Below, piece by piece: positions 48,338 to 57,207 of a DNA stretch of 64,000 nt. The notes under the pieces are model-generated. The model searched no databases, had not been told where the DNA came from, and worked only from the letters and a program-made list of their open reading frames with translations. How positions within the stretch are numbered: the stretch's first letter is position 1; each line of letters starts with the position of its first letter. The translations under genes were made by a program, and so were the position numbers. The DNA is from Candidatus Bathyarchaeum sp. Lineage in GTDB: Archaea > Thermoproteota > Bathyarchaeia > Bathyarchaeales > Bathyarchaeaceae. The stretch lies in contig JAOZIB010000025.1 of assembly GCA_026014565.1 (NCBI GenBank), forward strand, positions 39,022-103,021, written 5' to 3'.

Positions 48338-48644
48338 TCAAGAATCAATTGGAATCACTAAATCAGTATCAGGTATTCGAAACGTACGAAGTTCATCATT
48401 TAGGTAAACTTTTTTCAATGTTGCTTGTTTATCTCCAATGTTGGTTATGTGAATTCACATACATGTTTGATTGAAGCAAACATTATCTATTCTTAGTTTC
48501 CAAGTTTTTGAGAGTTCACCCATATCATCAATATTTTCGCTGGTGAATACGTAAACTAAACTTAGCTATGACCAATAGAAGTATGAATAACAACGTAGAG
48601 GTAAGCGCAGAAATTGCCTTTTTGGATGTAAGGGATGTAAACAT
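48338..48644 (-). pseudogene. Archaeal type IV pilin-like (class III signal peptide) gene remnant with a frameshift and an in-frame stop
   Basis: My translation gives MFTSLTSKKAISALTSTLLFILLLVIAKFS, then a frameshift, then VYVFTSENIDDMGELSKTWKLRIDNVCFNQTCM*IHITNIGDKQATLKKVYLNDELRTFRIPDTDLVIPIDS. Confidence 0.4.
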
Positions 48645-48814
48645 TATCCCAACAATCCAGAATGGTACAACAAAAATGGACAAGTTTAAAAATTAAACTT
48701 ATGAATTAAAATTAAATTTTCGCCGTAGAATTCATTAATAATTTGCCTCACTTAGGAAAAAATTTCAAACATAAATTAAAATCAGTAAAAATATTCAAGT
48801 CAGAAAAAAGAGTT

Positions 48815-49438
48815 CTAATTTAAGGGGTATAACAAGTTGTACTCCATCAACCCAACAGCCAAAGCAATTAAAGTTCCAGCCAAAGTTTGCGTAGGAGTGT
48901 GATTTTTTAGCTTTATTCTAGACCAACAAACTGCAATTATAATCAAAGATAGGGGAATTATCTCTAAACCAAAAACAAAAACCAAAGCAAAAATTGGACC
49001 AGTCACTCCAGCACAGTGGATGCTAACTTTCCAAAACTGGTTAACCACCATTAAAGCCGCAGTAACAAAAATGTAACCTAACGCTAACAAAAACAAAATT
49101 GTAGTTTCAGTAAAAAAGAACAAAAATGCCGCCGATAAATAACTAACCAAAGCATACAAGAAAAAAGGCAAACGGTCTTCTCGATTAGAAACATAAAGGT
49201 CTACAGTTTTCTTTTTGTAATAATAAATTACAGGCAAAAAAGGAAAAAAGGCAAACAACAAAAAACTCGCAATAATACTCAAACCCGGACCTAAAGATCC
49301 CAACCCAATCGGAGAAAAAAGAGAAAAAACCACAGTTGCCAATATGGCCACAATCGGAGGAGACAAGTACTTTGAAACAAAGGCGGCCAAACTGCAACTA
49401 AAGTCAGATTGGGAACGAGGGCCACAATTATTTTTCAT
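48815..49438 (-). CDS. PAP2-like membrane phosphatase
   Basis: Six TM helices, with degenerate PAP2 motifs (NREDRLP; KVSIHCAG; SRIKLKNHTPTQTLAG). Confidence 0.5.
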   Translation of the reverse strand: MKNNCGPRSQSDFSCSLAAFVSKYLSPPIVAILATVVFSLFSPIGLGSLGPGLSIIASFLLFAFFPFLPVIYYYKKKTVDLYVSNREDRLPFFLYALVSYLSAAFLFFFTETTILFLLALGYIFVTAALMVVNQFWKVSIHCAGVTGPIFALVFVFGLEIIPLSLIIIAVCWSRIKLKNHTPTQTLAGTLIALAVGLMEYNLLYPLN

Positions 49439-49700
49439 GGTGAGCTATACAACAAATCGAACCTAATAAGTAATACCTAAAATGAAACCACAAAAGTTCA
49501 CAAGTTCGTTCGGCATATTAGTAATCTAATAGTAGTGTTGAAAACAGATTGTTTTTTAAAAAGCTCTGCACAATACACAACAAAAATCCATAGTTCACAT
49601 AACTTTGAGAAGAAAGGAAACAATATTATATTCAAAGAACAGAAAAGATACAGACAGTGTAAAAAATTACACAGACAATAACACATTTTGGTGACAAATT

Positions 49701-50465
49701 TTGGATGCAACAAAAGAGAAAAAACCACTCAACAGCATAAACATAGCATTAATCGCCGTATGGACTGCTCTTTTGCTTTCACTCAGTTTTTTGATAATAT
49801 ATCCAGTCCCAGGAGTAAGCGTTACAATCACTTTCTCTACGGTTTTACTCTCAAGCCTGACCGCACCCTTGCTAGGACCAATATACGGACCAGTAGCAGG
49901 TTTAATTTTTGGATGGACAGTTCCTTACATCAACCCAGCAACATCGATTGGAATCTTAACCTTTCTTGCTCCCACCTTATCTGCACTAATGAGTGGATTA
50001 GTTCTGTTCAATCGATGGAAAGAAGCCCTAATAATATTGATTGCCCAAATGGCAATATGGTTTGCTCACCCCTTTGCGTGGTATGAATTCATGCCGGCAG
50101 TAACATGGGGAAATTGGCTGGTTTTGGCATTAATCGTTATTCCCCCAGTAAGGAAATGGATTGTAAACACAATAGTCACTAGAAACAAAAAACAGCTACC
50201 CATTGCCCTTTGGTGCCTCGCATGGATTGCCCGCACAGGCGGAGACACAATCACAGGAAACAACATCTCCGCATGGGTGCTTGGATGGGCAACTCCAGAA
50301 CTTTATCCATATTGGGCACCAATGACTCTTTACTATGCAATCGCAGATTCACTAAACTGCCTTATCGGCGCACTAATCGGTACTGCTGTTTTGATTTCCC
50401 TAAAAAGAAGCGGCATACAAATAACCGCCGTGGATTATCTGCAAAACAAATTAAGGTCTAAGTAA
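49701..50465 (+). CDS. Polytopic membrane protein, unknown function
   Basis: 254 aa with about 7 hydrophobic helices, Trp-rich. No recognised family. Confidence 0.5.
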   Translation: MDATKEKKPLNSINIALIAVWTALLLSLSFLIIYPVPGVSVTITFSTVLLSSLTAPLLGPIYGPVAGLIFGWTVPYINPATSIGILTFLAPTLSALMSGLVLFNRWKEALIILIAQMAIWFAHPFAWYEFMPAVTWGNWLVLALIVIPPVRKWIVNTIVTRNKKQLPIALWCLAWIARTGGDTITGNNISAWVLGWATPELYPYWAPMTLYYAIADSLNCLIGALIGTAVLISLKRSGIQITAVDYLQNKLRSK

Positions 50466-50499
50466 ATTAAAAAATACACTAACCAAAGAGGGACAAAAA

Positions 50500-51516
50500 C
50501 TGGGTAACATATTCAGAGAAGGTGACCTCATAGAAACCAAAGACAACATTGTTTTTGACGTTAAAGGCTTAGTCCATCCACCAGACAGGGTTATTGCGTT
50601 TATTCGGTATGTTCCAGATTTGGATGGAGAAAGGAAAAGAGATGGAAAGCGTTTCACCAAATTTTATGCCCTTGCCAAACGGTATGAACTGCTGAAATGT
50701 GAATATCCACAATACCTGATTAATGACCCCGTGTTTAACACTCTCTTGTGTGAAGTTCCAACCCAAGACATCAAAACCCATTACCAACCGGCAAAGGGAA
50801 TACAAAAACTGCGCAACAAAAACAATTTAGACGAAGTCGAACACGCAGCCTTGGACTTTATGAAAATCTTACAAAAAGAATCGGGCGTACAATGGGAAAA
50901 GCTGGGAGTTTCAGGCTCCATACTTGTTAACCTTCAGGAGCCTGCATCTGATATTGATTTGGTTGTTCATGGAACACAAACAGGTTATCAAGTAGCAAAA
51001 ACCATGAAACGGTTACTAGAAGACAAAAACAGCCCCATGGAAGCATACGACAATCAAGGACTAAAAGAACTGTACGAGTTTCGCTCAAAAGACACAAACG
51101 TAACTTTCAACGATTTTGCAAGAACAGACTCACGAAAAATATCCCATGGCAAATTCATGAACAAACATTTTTTCATCCGGTTCGTCAAAGACCTCAACGA
51201 AATTAACGAAAAATATGGTGACAAAATATACAAACCCGAAGGTTATGCAAAAATCAAAGCAACAGTCACCAACAATTCCCAAGCTTTGTTCACACCGTGT
51301 AGCTATGAAATCAGTGATGTACAAATAACTGAAGGCCCAAAAATTAACCAAATAATGGAAGTCTCATCATTTCGGGGCAGATTCTGTGAACATGCAAAAA
51401 ACCAAGAAAAAATTGTTGCCCAAGGCAAACTAGAAAGAGTGCAAGAAAAAGGAAAAGCAGATTATTACCGACTTTTACTTGGAAGCAAACCATCAGATTA
51501 TATGATTTTGGTTTAG
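50500..51516 (+). CDS. Pol-beta-superfamily nucleotidyltransferase with conserved N-terminal domain, apparent non-canonical start
   Basis: NTase motif GVSGSILVNLQEPASDIDLVVHG. The track starts at TTG 50620, but the frame is open from 50455 and encodes LGNIFREGDLIETKDNIVFDVKGLVHPPDRVIAFIRYVPD with no ATG/GTG/TTG. A GAGGGA box lies 6 nt before CTG at 50500. Confidence 0.65.
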   Translation: MGNIFREGDLIETKDNIVFDVKGLVHPPDRVIAFIRYVPDLDGERKRDGKRFTKFYALAKRYELLKCEYPQYLINDPVFNTLLCEVPTQDIKTHYQPAKGIQKLRNKNNLDEVEHAALDFMKILQKESGVQWEKLGVSGSILVNLQEPASDIDLVVHGTQTGYQVAKTMKRLLEDKNSPMEAYDNQGLKELYEFRSKDTNVTFNDFARTDSRKISHGKFMNKHFFIRFVKDLNEINEKYGDKIYKPEGYAKIKATVTNNSQALFTPCSYEISDVQITEGPKINQIMEVSSFRGRFCEHAKNQEKIVAQGKLERVQEKGKADYYRLLLGSKPSDYMILV

Positions 51517-51621
51517 AGCAAAAATTTTGAAATAATTAATTTTAGCTTTTTAGAATGAAAAACTGTACCTTTAAATCAACTCACTAACTATACAATCGAA
51601 GAAAGAAAGGGGAGATCTAAG

Positions 51622-51906
51622 ATGCAGACAATAAAAGTTTCTGGAAAAAATAACAAACATCATCTTCTGGTTTATGCCCTAAGCACCTGTGGTTGGTGTA
51701 AACGGACTAAAAAATTCTTGAAGGATAACGATGTTGAATACGAATACATTGACATCGACTTAACCAACAACGATGACAAAGAAGAAATCAAAAAAGACAT
51801 CAGAACCCGTGGAGGCCCCCTCGCATACCCAACACTAATTATCGATAACAAAATTTTGCTTACAGGAGCGCCTCAAGACAAACTAAAGGAGATTCTTGAA
51901 CTATGA
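51622..51906 (+). CDS. Glutaredoxin-like protein (CGWC active site)
   Basis: VYALSTCGWCKRTKKFL…YPTLII. A GGGGAG SD is present. It overlaps the next gene by 4 nt. Confidence 0.8.
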   Translation: MQTIKVSGKNNKHHLLVYALSTCGWCKRTKKFLKDNDVEYEYIDIDLTNNDDKEEIKKDIRTRGGPLAYPTLIIDNKILLTGAPQDKLKEILEL

Positions 51907-52457
51907 CAACCACAGAAAACATCAAAAAACGTGTTGAAAACGACGCAAAAGCAAACGGATACTATCTTAACCCCGATCCAGAAATGCTTCAAGAACTCAT
52001 AGAAGGCTTACAAAAAAATGAAGAAAGATACAAATATCCATCATGTCCTTGCAGATTAGCTTCAGGCAAATTAGAGCTAGACAGAGACATAATCTGCCCT
52101 TGTGATTACCGCGCCCCCGATGTAAACGATTATGGTCAATGTTATTGTGCACTTTACGTCAGCAAAGATGTGTATGAAAGAAAAGCAATGCAACAGATTC
52201 CAGAAAGAAGACCAATAGAAAAACAAGGCAGAGCATATTCGGTTTCAACTGAGGAGCAAAAACCACAAACTCAAACCCAGACTGAAAAACAGCCCAAAGA
52301 AACAAACATGACATTATGGCACTGTCAACAATGTGGTTACGTTTGTTTCAGAGAAGATCCACCATACGTTTGTCCAATTTGTAAAGCAAAAAAAGAAATG
52401 TTCTCAAAAATTGCGTTAAGCATACAAATAAGCAAAGAAACAGTTAAAACACAATGA
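51903..52457 (+). CDS. Ferredoxin:thioredoxin-reductase catalytic-subunit-like protein fused to a C-terminal rubredoxin
   Basis: FTR Cys pattern CPCR…CPCDY…CYCALY, a linker, then WHCQQCGYV…YVCPICKA. Confidence 0.8.
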   Translation: MTTTENIKKRVENDAKANGYYLNPDPEMLQELIEGLQKNEERYKYPSCPCRLASGKLELDRDIICPCDYRAPDVNDYGQCYCALYVSKDVYERKAMQQIPERRPIEKQGRAYSVSTEEQKPQTQTQTEKQPKETNMTLWHCQQCGYVCFREDPPYVCPICKAKKEMFSKIALSIQISKETVKTQ

Positions 52458-52502
52458 AAATAAACTATGATCCAAAAACAAGAAAAAACGCGACTGCCAC
52501 CA

Positions 52503-53612
52503 CTACATCAGCAGCTTTAACCTCTTAATTGCATCAAGTTTTACTTTATTACCTATTTTTGCTTGGTTAACAGCGTTATTTAAAATTTGAATAGTTTCAT
52601 CATAGGATTTGCGGTCCACAGGATAGGGAACTCCGTCTTTTCCACCCACACAAAAACTATACTTTATTGGGTCTTGCCAACAAGGCTTTTCACCATGAAT
52701 CATTTCAGAAACCAAAGCCAATGCCCTAACCGTTGCAGGACCAATCCCACGGATTCCAATTAATTCTTCATAATTTTTAGGTTGAAAATCATACGCCCGT
52801 TGAACTGCTTTCCAGTCAAGCCTACGGGGAAAACAAAAAGCATCAAGCTGAAAATCATTCTTTGAAGATTGAGAAATCCAATCCTGCAACGAAGACTGAT
52901 TTAGAGGACGAACAGACAGCACCAATTTTTTCAGTTTCTTTGGTGACTCTTTGGAGATATCAGTAGAAGCTTTTCTGCATCCTTCACTTGATTTTGCGGT
53001 CATGTCTAACACTACATCTTTTTTTAGATCTCCAACCACGGCATCGTGAGGTTCGACTACAAAATCTTTGACGGTATCGGACACCCAATGATACCTACGA
53101 GCAGATTTGTCCTCAGCATTAATTCCTTGTTGAACTACAGCCCAACTTCCTTTTTCAGTAACAAAAAATGCATGATGATACAAAGGATAACCCGCTTGAA
53201 TGGCTGCAGTGTCAACTTTTGCACTCATTTTACTGGCATACAATAATTCATCAATCTTTTTAGATGAAAAACCGTACTTATCCCCTAGCAACCCGATTTC
53301 TTCTGGGGTTTTTCGAGAAGTTTTTCCTTTCCCACCACACACAGTCAACCCAAGTTCTTCAGAATTTATTGCACTTTTTAAAACCCCAGTTAAAACAGTT
53401 GTCACACCAGAAGAGTGCCAATCATAACCCAAAACACACCCCAAAGCTTGAAACCAAAAGGGGTCAGAAACACGTTTCAAAAACAGGTCTACACCATATT
53501 CATCCACCATTATTGTAGTCATCTCCTTTGCAAGTTTTTGCATCCGAAAAACAAGCCATCGTGGTGCTTTACCATAATGAAGGGGAAGACGAGTAACACC
53601 TGTTCGTTTCAA
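52503..53612 (-). CDS. Conserved archaeal protein (DUF763-like)
   Basis: …KRTGVTRLPLHYGKAPRWLVFRMQKLA…DPFWFQALGCVLGYDWHSSGVTT… resembles DUF763 from memory. The track start at 53768 overlaps the PPAT gene. The TTG at 53612 gives MKRTGVTRLPLH. Confidence 0.6.
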   Translation of the reverse strand: MKRTGVTRLPLHYGKAPRWLVFRMQKLAKEMTTIMVDEYGVDLFLKRVSDPFWFQALGCVLGYDWHSSGVTTVLTGVLKSAINSEELGLTVCGGKGKTSRKTPEEIGLLGDKYGFSSKKIDELLYASKMSAKVDTAAIQAGYPLYHHAFFVTEKGSWAVVQQGINAEDKSARRYHWVSDTVKDFVVEPHDAVVGDLKKDVVLDMTAKSSEGCRKASTDISKESPKKLKKLVLSVRPLNQSSLQDWISQSSKNDFQLDAFCFPRRLDWKAVQRAYDFQPKNYEELIGIRGIGPATVRALALVSEMIHGEKPCWQDPIKYSFCVGGKDGVPYPVDRKSYDETIQILNNAVNQAKIGNKVKLDAIKRLKLLM

Positions 53613-53676
53613 TACAACACCCACAACACTGATAAAACAGGAGAAAACGCCCTTAAAATATTCTTGTAAACCAAAA

Positions 53677-54147
53677 CTAGAGCAAGTTACCTTCGCGGTC
53701 GATTTCTTCAAACCAAATACGTGTCGAAGAAATTGGATAATTGTCCTCAGACAGAACCATTTTAACAATCACAACGGGTAAAACTGATAAACCCATAGCA
53801 GAACGTTTTTTGTTAATCTTTTTTGCTTGAGGTTCGGTTTCTTCGCTTACTACTATGGCTTCAATTCGTTCATCCGTCAACGTAAGGCCATAAGAATCAA
53901 ACAAAGGAATTATTTTCGCTCGCTCTGACAAACAATTTTGTTTTAAAAAATCATTCAAAGATTTTAAGCGTTCAGAATATGGCGCAATTGCATGGGGTTT
54001 CTGAACCTTTTGTACAAATTCATCGGAACTAAGACCAACGAGAACAAATTCCCCGACCTCAAAAGCCTTCAAAAGAAGAGAAAAATGACCCTTATGAAAT
54101 AAATCAAAGGTTCCACCAACAGCCACGGTTCCAAACCGTTTTCCCAT
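53677..54147 (-). CDS. coaD: Archaeal-type phosphopantetheine adenylyltransferase (cytidylyltransferase fold)
   Basis: VAVGGTFDLFHKGH nucleotidyltransferase motif. 156 aa. Confidence 0.75.
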   Translation of the reverse strand: MGKRFGTVAVGGTFDLFHKGHFSLLLKAFEVGEFVLVGLSSDEFVQKVQKPHAIAPYSERLKSLNDFLKQNCLSERAKIIPLFDSYGLTLTDERIEAIVVSEETEPQAKKINKKRSAMGLSVLPVVIVKMVLSEDNYPISSTRIWFEEIDREGNLL

Positions 54148-54519
54148 TACGTTTCATCACCAGAGTATGCGTCCACTTTGAAAATCAATGTTAACTATTA
54201 GAATGTTTTGTTCAGGCAAAAATTTCTTAAAATTTAATTAACACAATCGACAGTTTTAACATAAGCAAAGCATGAACAACCTCACCAAGCATGTTTTGCG
54301 CAACACCAATCCCAATCATTGCAGTATCAATAGTTTTCCAAGTTTTCAGGTTCCATTTCATCGAATTGCTTTTTTATCTAAGCACAACCCTCAAAGAAAT
54401 AATAATTCTGTGGAGTGCATAAACACATTCAATCTATTCGTATTCGTTAAAAGTAAGGATAATAAAAGATTTTAAGAATAAAAATACTAAACATTACAAG
54501 TTAATGGGGGAACAATTAT

Positions 54520-54747
54520 ATGAAATATAAAATTGAAATTAAGCGAGAAAATTGCATTGCATGTGGTTCATGTTATTCCTTAAATCCGTCCCATTTTGAA
54601 CCTGATGACCAAGGAAAATCAACTGTTATCGGCGGAGAAACTGACGATTCAATTTCAATAGGGGAATTCGACGACACAGAGATTGAAAGTGCCAGAGACG
54701 CAGAAGATTCGTGTCCAGTATCCATAATCACAGTAATTGAGGTTTAA
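54520..54747 (+). CDS. Small single-cluster ferredoxin
   Basis: CIACGSC…SCP motif, acidic, 75 aa, with a GGGGGA SD. Confidence 0.7.
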   Translation: MKYKIEIKRENCIACGSCYSLNPSHFEPDDQGKSTVIGGETDDSISIGEFDDTEIESARDAEDSCPVSIITVIEV

Positions 54748-54824
54748 ATCTTAAAAATAGCGTAAAGTTTAAAGGCTTAGCAGAGGGTTCCCTCTAAATA
54801 CTTGTTTAGAATGAGGAATGATAG

Positions 54825-55367
54825 TTGAGTTCTGAAGAAACACTGGTGGAAAAAAAGACCAAAGTCCTCATAAAACTTCGCGGTTACAAAGTGGTTAAAA
54901 AAGAGGAAATAAAAAACGCCATTAGTTACACTCTCAAAATGAAAGATGGAAAAAAAGCCATCCTTTGGGCAATTACAGCAGATGCAACAGTAGGAGTTGC
55001 ATATGTTACACAACTCAAAAAATCCATGGATGATGCCGAAATCGAAAAAGGAATCATCACAACCATAGGGAAATACACCCACACCGCAAAATCGCGCTCA
55101 AAAACAAGTGGCATCGAATTAATTCCAAAAATATTTCCTGCATTTCAAATATTCAATCATGATTTCGTTTCAAAGCATGAACTTCTAACACCGGAAGAAA
55201 AAACTCAATTTCTTGAAGAAAGCAAAATTGTACCATATCAACTACCACGAATCAATGCTTCAGATCCTGCAATAATTGCAGTTGGTGGCACCCCTGGAAA
55301 TATTGTGAGAGTCATCAGAAACAGCAAAACCGCAGGAAAATATGTTTCATACAGATACATAGTCTAA
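54825..55367 (+). CDS. rpoH: RNA polymerase subunit Rpo5/RpoH with a eukaryote-like Rpb5 N-terminal domain
   Basis: The C-terminal 70 aa (HELLTPEEKTQFLEESKIVPYQLPRINASDPAIIAVGGTPGNIVRVIRNSKTAGKYVSYRYIV) are a classic RpoH. The N-terminal ~105 aa are collinear with the yeast Rpb5 N-domain (LRGY…, ILWAITADATVGVAYV…, EKGIITTIGKYTHTAK…IELIP). Confidence 0.85.
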   Translation: MSSEETLVEKKTKVLIKLRGYKVVKKEEIKNAISYTLKMKDGKKAILWAITADATVGVAYVTQLKKSMDDAEIEKGIITTIGKYTHTAKSRSKTSGIELIPKIFPAFQIFNHDFVSKHELLTPEEKTQFLEESKIVPYQLPRINASDPAIIAVGGTPGNIVRVIRNSKTAGKYVSYRYIV

Positions 55368-55547
55368 AGAGGCCGTAAAAAAGGGAGATAAAGTCTCCAG
55401 AACGAAGGTCATAATACGCATGCAACAACTAAGCATTTTTTGTTTATTTTTTTACACTATTACTTAATATTTAATCAAAATACCATATTTTCAAAAAATA
55501 TTTAAGAGAGATTGTTCAAAACCTTTTCTCCAAAAGAGAGAGCGTCA

Positions 55548-56105
55548 ATGGACATAACAACACTGTTGATTGCAACTGCATTAGCTATGGATTCGTTTTC
55601 AGTGGCGCTTGCAAATGGTCTAGCAACAAAAGTGTTCAATGTCTCGAAAGGCATTATGATAGGAACTTTTTTTGGATTTTTTCAAGCAATCATGCCAGTA
55701 ATTGGCTGGTACGCGGGAGTCCACATATTAGATCTAATTTCAGAAATTGATCACTGGGTAGCATTTGCACTATTAGCGTTCATTGGGTCCAGAATGATTT
55801 ATGAATCAACAAAAAAGGACAGCGAGAAAATTGTAAGCTCACTCACCATTAAAGTTCTTTTGATGCTTTCAATAGCTACAAGCATTGACGCTTTAGCAGT
55901 TGGTCTAAGTATATATGTTTTAGAAATTTCAATTATTTCACTTGCAATAGCAACAGGAATAATAACATTTTCGCTATCTTTCTTTGGTGTTTACATCGGG
56001 GGCAAATTTGGCTACATCTTACAAAATAAAGTTGAACCACTTGGAGGAGTTATCTTAATTATAATTGGACTACGAATATTCCTTGAACATTTAGGAATCA
56101 CATAA
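55548..56105 (+). CDS. mntP: Manganese efflux pump MntP family
   Basis: MDITTLLIATALAMDSFSVALANG and a second repeat SIATSIDALAVGLS. Confidence 0.8.
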   Translation: MDITTLLIATALAMDSFSVALANGLATKVFNVSKGIMIGTFFGFFQAIMPVIGWYAGVHILDLISEIDHWVAFALLAFIGSRMIYESTKKDSEKIVSSLTIKVLLMLSIATSIDALAVGLSIYVLEISIISLAIATGIITFSLSFFGVYIGGKFGYILQNKVEPLGGVILIIIGLRIFLEHLGIT

Positions 56106-56277
56106 AAAAACCGCAGTTAAACGAGTTTTGGATTAAATTATTAAAGATAAGATCAAGTTACTAAATTAGATTTGTTCATATTATTCTTTCTCTGGTAATA
56201 TACCCTAGAAGGAAATACAGTATTTTCATCAGAATCTATAGAAGAAAATTACTAAAAAATAATACCAAGGAAGTATA

Positions 56278-56499
56278 TTGAAAACTGACACCGTTCAAAC
56301 GCTATGGGAGCAAAGAGACCACCGTGGAATACTTGCAGAAATACTAGAAACAGCAAAAGGTAAACAAGGCAAAACAAAAATTATGTACAGAGTTAATTTG
56401 AGCGTTAGTCAGGTCAATGAATATTTATCTTTCTTAACTAAAATGGGTTTTGTCAAAGTTCAAAACGAAAAAGGAAAAAACCTAAGAAACAACCAGTAA
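56278..56499 (+). CDS. Small winged-helix protein
   Basis: 73 aa, similar in layout to ORF 20755..21051 (ILAEILETAKGKQGKTKIMYRVNLSVSQVNEYLSFLTKMGFV). Confidence 0.5.
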   Translation: MKTDTVQTLWEQRDHRGILAEILETAKGKQGKTKIMYRVNLSVSQVNEYLSFLTKMGFVKVQNEKGKNLRNNQ

Positions 56500-56832
56500 G
56501 GTCTATAATTACTTGATATTTATGTGGAAATGTCCAACTACTGTCAACCAAAGAATTGCACACCCCATTGATAACAGGATATGTTAATTCGGCCTCAAAA
56601 AAATAGACCTGAATAAAAAATGGCTATATCTACAATTTTCAAAAATTAAAAATTGAAAAAGAGCCCCTATTAATTCAAAAAGTGGTTATGCAATAAATTG
56701 GAACATTATCAAATTTCGTGTAACAAGCGAATTATTTTATACACAAGTTTATAAGTGGCATACCGATATTGATTTTTAGAGTTAGTGCTCTAACAAGCTA
56801 ATTCTCTTAATGAATGAGGAGGTGCAAGCCGA

Positions 56833-56985
56833 ATGTCTTATGGTGGACCACGCGAAATGCACGATGCAGTCTGTTCTGAATGTGGGCAAAAATGTCAGGT
56901 TCCTTTCAAACCAGATGCAAGCAGACCTGTATATTGCCGAGAATGCTACGCAAAACGAAGACCCCCGAGAAGAAACAGATACTAA
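56833..56985 (+). CDS. 50-aa zinc-ribbon protein (CxxC-x17-CxxC type)
   Basis: Below the track cutoff. My translation gives MSYGGPREMHDAVCSECGQKCQVPFKPDASRPVYCRECYAKRRPPRRNRY. A GGAGGTG SD lies 8 nt upstream. It replaces the overlapping track ORF 56810..56998. Confidence 0.6.
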   Translation: MSYGGPREMHDAVCSECGQKCQVPFKPDASRPVYCRECYAKRRPPRRNRY

Positions 56986-57207
56986 GCTACGAAAATAGCT
57001 TGATGTGTGTTATTCGATTTTTTACTATATTTTTTATTTTTTAAAAGCTACAAATTTTAAAAAAATATTTTTTTGGATATTTAATTTTAAGGTTGTGGAC
57101 CTATTCAGGATCAAAAGGTGTTGATTCATCTCGAAAAGGTAGGGTATATCAAAATATTAAGCATAAAAAAGAAAAAAGGTTTCAATTGGAACCGAACAGT
57201 TCCAAAT

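Noticed and set aside
56810-56998. 62-aa track ORF MNEEVQAECLMVDHAKC…
   Set aside because: The overlapping +1 frame encodes a canonical CxxC-x17-CxxC zinc ribbon with a well-spaced GGAGGTG SD. The track ORF has neither.
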